From Terriglobia bacterium (GTDB lineage: Bacteria > Acidobacteriota > Terriglobia > JAJPHL01 > JAPKYU01), in NCBI GenBank assembly GCA_965206645.1, contig CBDBKE010000003.1:832001-896000 (forward strand): a stretch of 64,000 bases of DNA, read 5' to 3'. Shown here one piece after another: positions 62,994 through 64,000 of the stretch. How positions within the stretch are numbered: the stretch's first letter is position 1; every line of letters begins with the position of its first letter. The position numbers and the translations under genes are program-made. The notes beneath the pieces are model-generated. The model saw only the letters and a list, made by a program, of their open reading frames with translations, searched no databases and was not told the DNA's origin.

Positions 62994-64000
62994 CGTCGGC
63001 CTCGTGCCGCGACGGGGTCGCCATGGTCGCGAACCAAGCCTCCACCGGGCCGAAGACTGCTGCGGCCAAGCGTCGCCACTCGTCGAAGATCTCCTCCGCG
63101 AAGGGGTCTCGATCGCGCCACGTCAGCCGCGCAGAGGCACTGTCGCCTTCACCCGGCGGGCCCTGGTGCTGCTGGTACCAGGCCTGCATGGCTCTGTCGG
63201 TCTCGTTGACGCCACGTTGACCCGCGGCGAACACCGCAAAGCTGGTCTTCGGCCCGAATGGCAACGGATACCGCCGTGCGTGTGCACACAGGTGCAGCAG
63301 ATGGTCGAGCGCGGCGCGCGCCTGATCTGAGGCCATGGCCGGCCGCTGGTCCACCCTCGTGCGCTCTCCATTTCTCGACACCACCACGGTGTCGCCGCGC
63401 ATGCCGCAGGCGGCGGCGAAGGTCGCGCGGACCCACACATCGAGACGATGATGGGCGGCGGCCTTCAGCTCTGTGGGCCTGACCAGCACGTGCAGCCGGC
63501 GGTCAGGGGTGACGGCAATGTTGCCGGCCACCGGCGGGCACCCGTCTCGGTACACCAGACGCTGTGGCTGCAGTCGGCCGCCCGCCTCGTGCAGGGCGCG
63601 TCGGGCCAGGGACTCGGCTTCCTGCACCGCCTGTCTGCCCATCGCGGCGCCCAGGATCCCATACGGCAGCAGCCGGTTGGCCGCCAGACGTTCCTTCAGA
63701 AACGAGGTCCGTCCCTCGAGTACGGCATCAATGACCGCGGTCTGCAGTTGCCACCGGTCCAGGCCCGCTGGGGCGGCCACCGGCTCCCGATCCAGAGCAA
63801 ACGGATCGTCCCAGGATTGTGGGATCTCGACCCCCAGGGACCCCAGCCAGGCCGCCCAGGGATCCTTGAGAATCCGAATCATCTCGTGCAACTCGAGGTC
63901 GGCCGACTGGACCGCTTCGGGCGGCTCGAACACGTTGGCGTGGAACGGTGTGGCCTCTTCCTGCCGCTGCTGGCACGCGCGGGCAACCTCGAGGCGGCCG
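62986..64000 (-). CDS. recC: Exodeoxyribonuclease V gamma subunit, C-terminal part
   Basis: Open frame from the window edge overlapping the recB start. RecC-like C-terminus (GLDRWQL, LLPYG, PLPFGPKTS) and recC-recB-recD order. Confidence 0.8.
   Translation of the reverse strand, partial: GRLEVARACQQRQEEATPFHANVFEPPEAVQSADLELHEMIRILKDPWAAWLGSLGVEIPQSWDDPFALDREPVAAPAGLDRWQLQTAVIDAVLEGRTSFLKERLAANRLLPYGILGAAMGRQAVQEAESLARRALHEAGGRLQPQRLVYRDGCPPVAGNIAVTPDRRLHVLVRPTELKAAAHHRLDVWVRATFAAACGMRGDTVVVSRNGERTRVDQRPAMASDQARAALDHLLHLCAHARRYPLPFGPKTSFAVFAAGQRGVNETDRAMQAWYQQHQGPPGEGDSASARLTWRDRDPFAEEIFDEWRRLAAAVFGPVEAWFATMATPSRHEADGG

Overview
GC-rich bacterial DNA, most likely Acidobacteriota. This is inferred from a Solibacter-type BACON/C-terminal-domain protein, an acidobacterial-type VWA protein and a CarboxypepD_reg/TonB receptor. 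Bases 1-20.3 kb are mostly intact chromosomal genes: lpdA, CMD, AIR-synthase-like, a REC-PilZ-repeat protein, CBS-bioY, pyrE-like, a 1139-aa protein plus VWA, a PQQ propeller and a metallophosphatase. From 20.3 to 57.7 kb is a heavily rearranged accessory region of nested or decayed IS elements (IS1595, IS3, IS21, IS1182, IS6, IS1380, IS481, IS630, a 144-bp MITE). It also holds tRNA-Arg(TCT), a 5' half of tRNA-Val(TAC), a second-site pyrF, recD2, HEPN/EVE-like genes, a solitary type I-E CRISPR-like repeat and a frameshifted Cache-Cache-peptide-binding fusion. A recC-recB-recD operon closes the window. The most notable signals are: (i) one 76-bp promoter-bearing segment fused to base +1 of two different tRNA genes, (ii) the solitary CRISPR repeat with a possible degenerate partner at 61-bp spacing, (iii) a REP pair inside a MITE inside an IS6, and (iv) recurrent diverged micro-duplications at gene starts and stops. 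All calls are by eye, without database searches. Several single-base frameshifts may be read errors.
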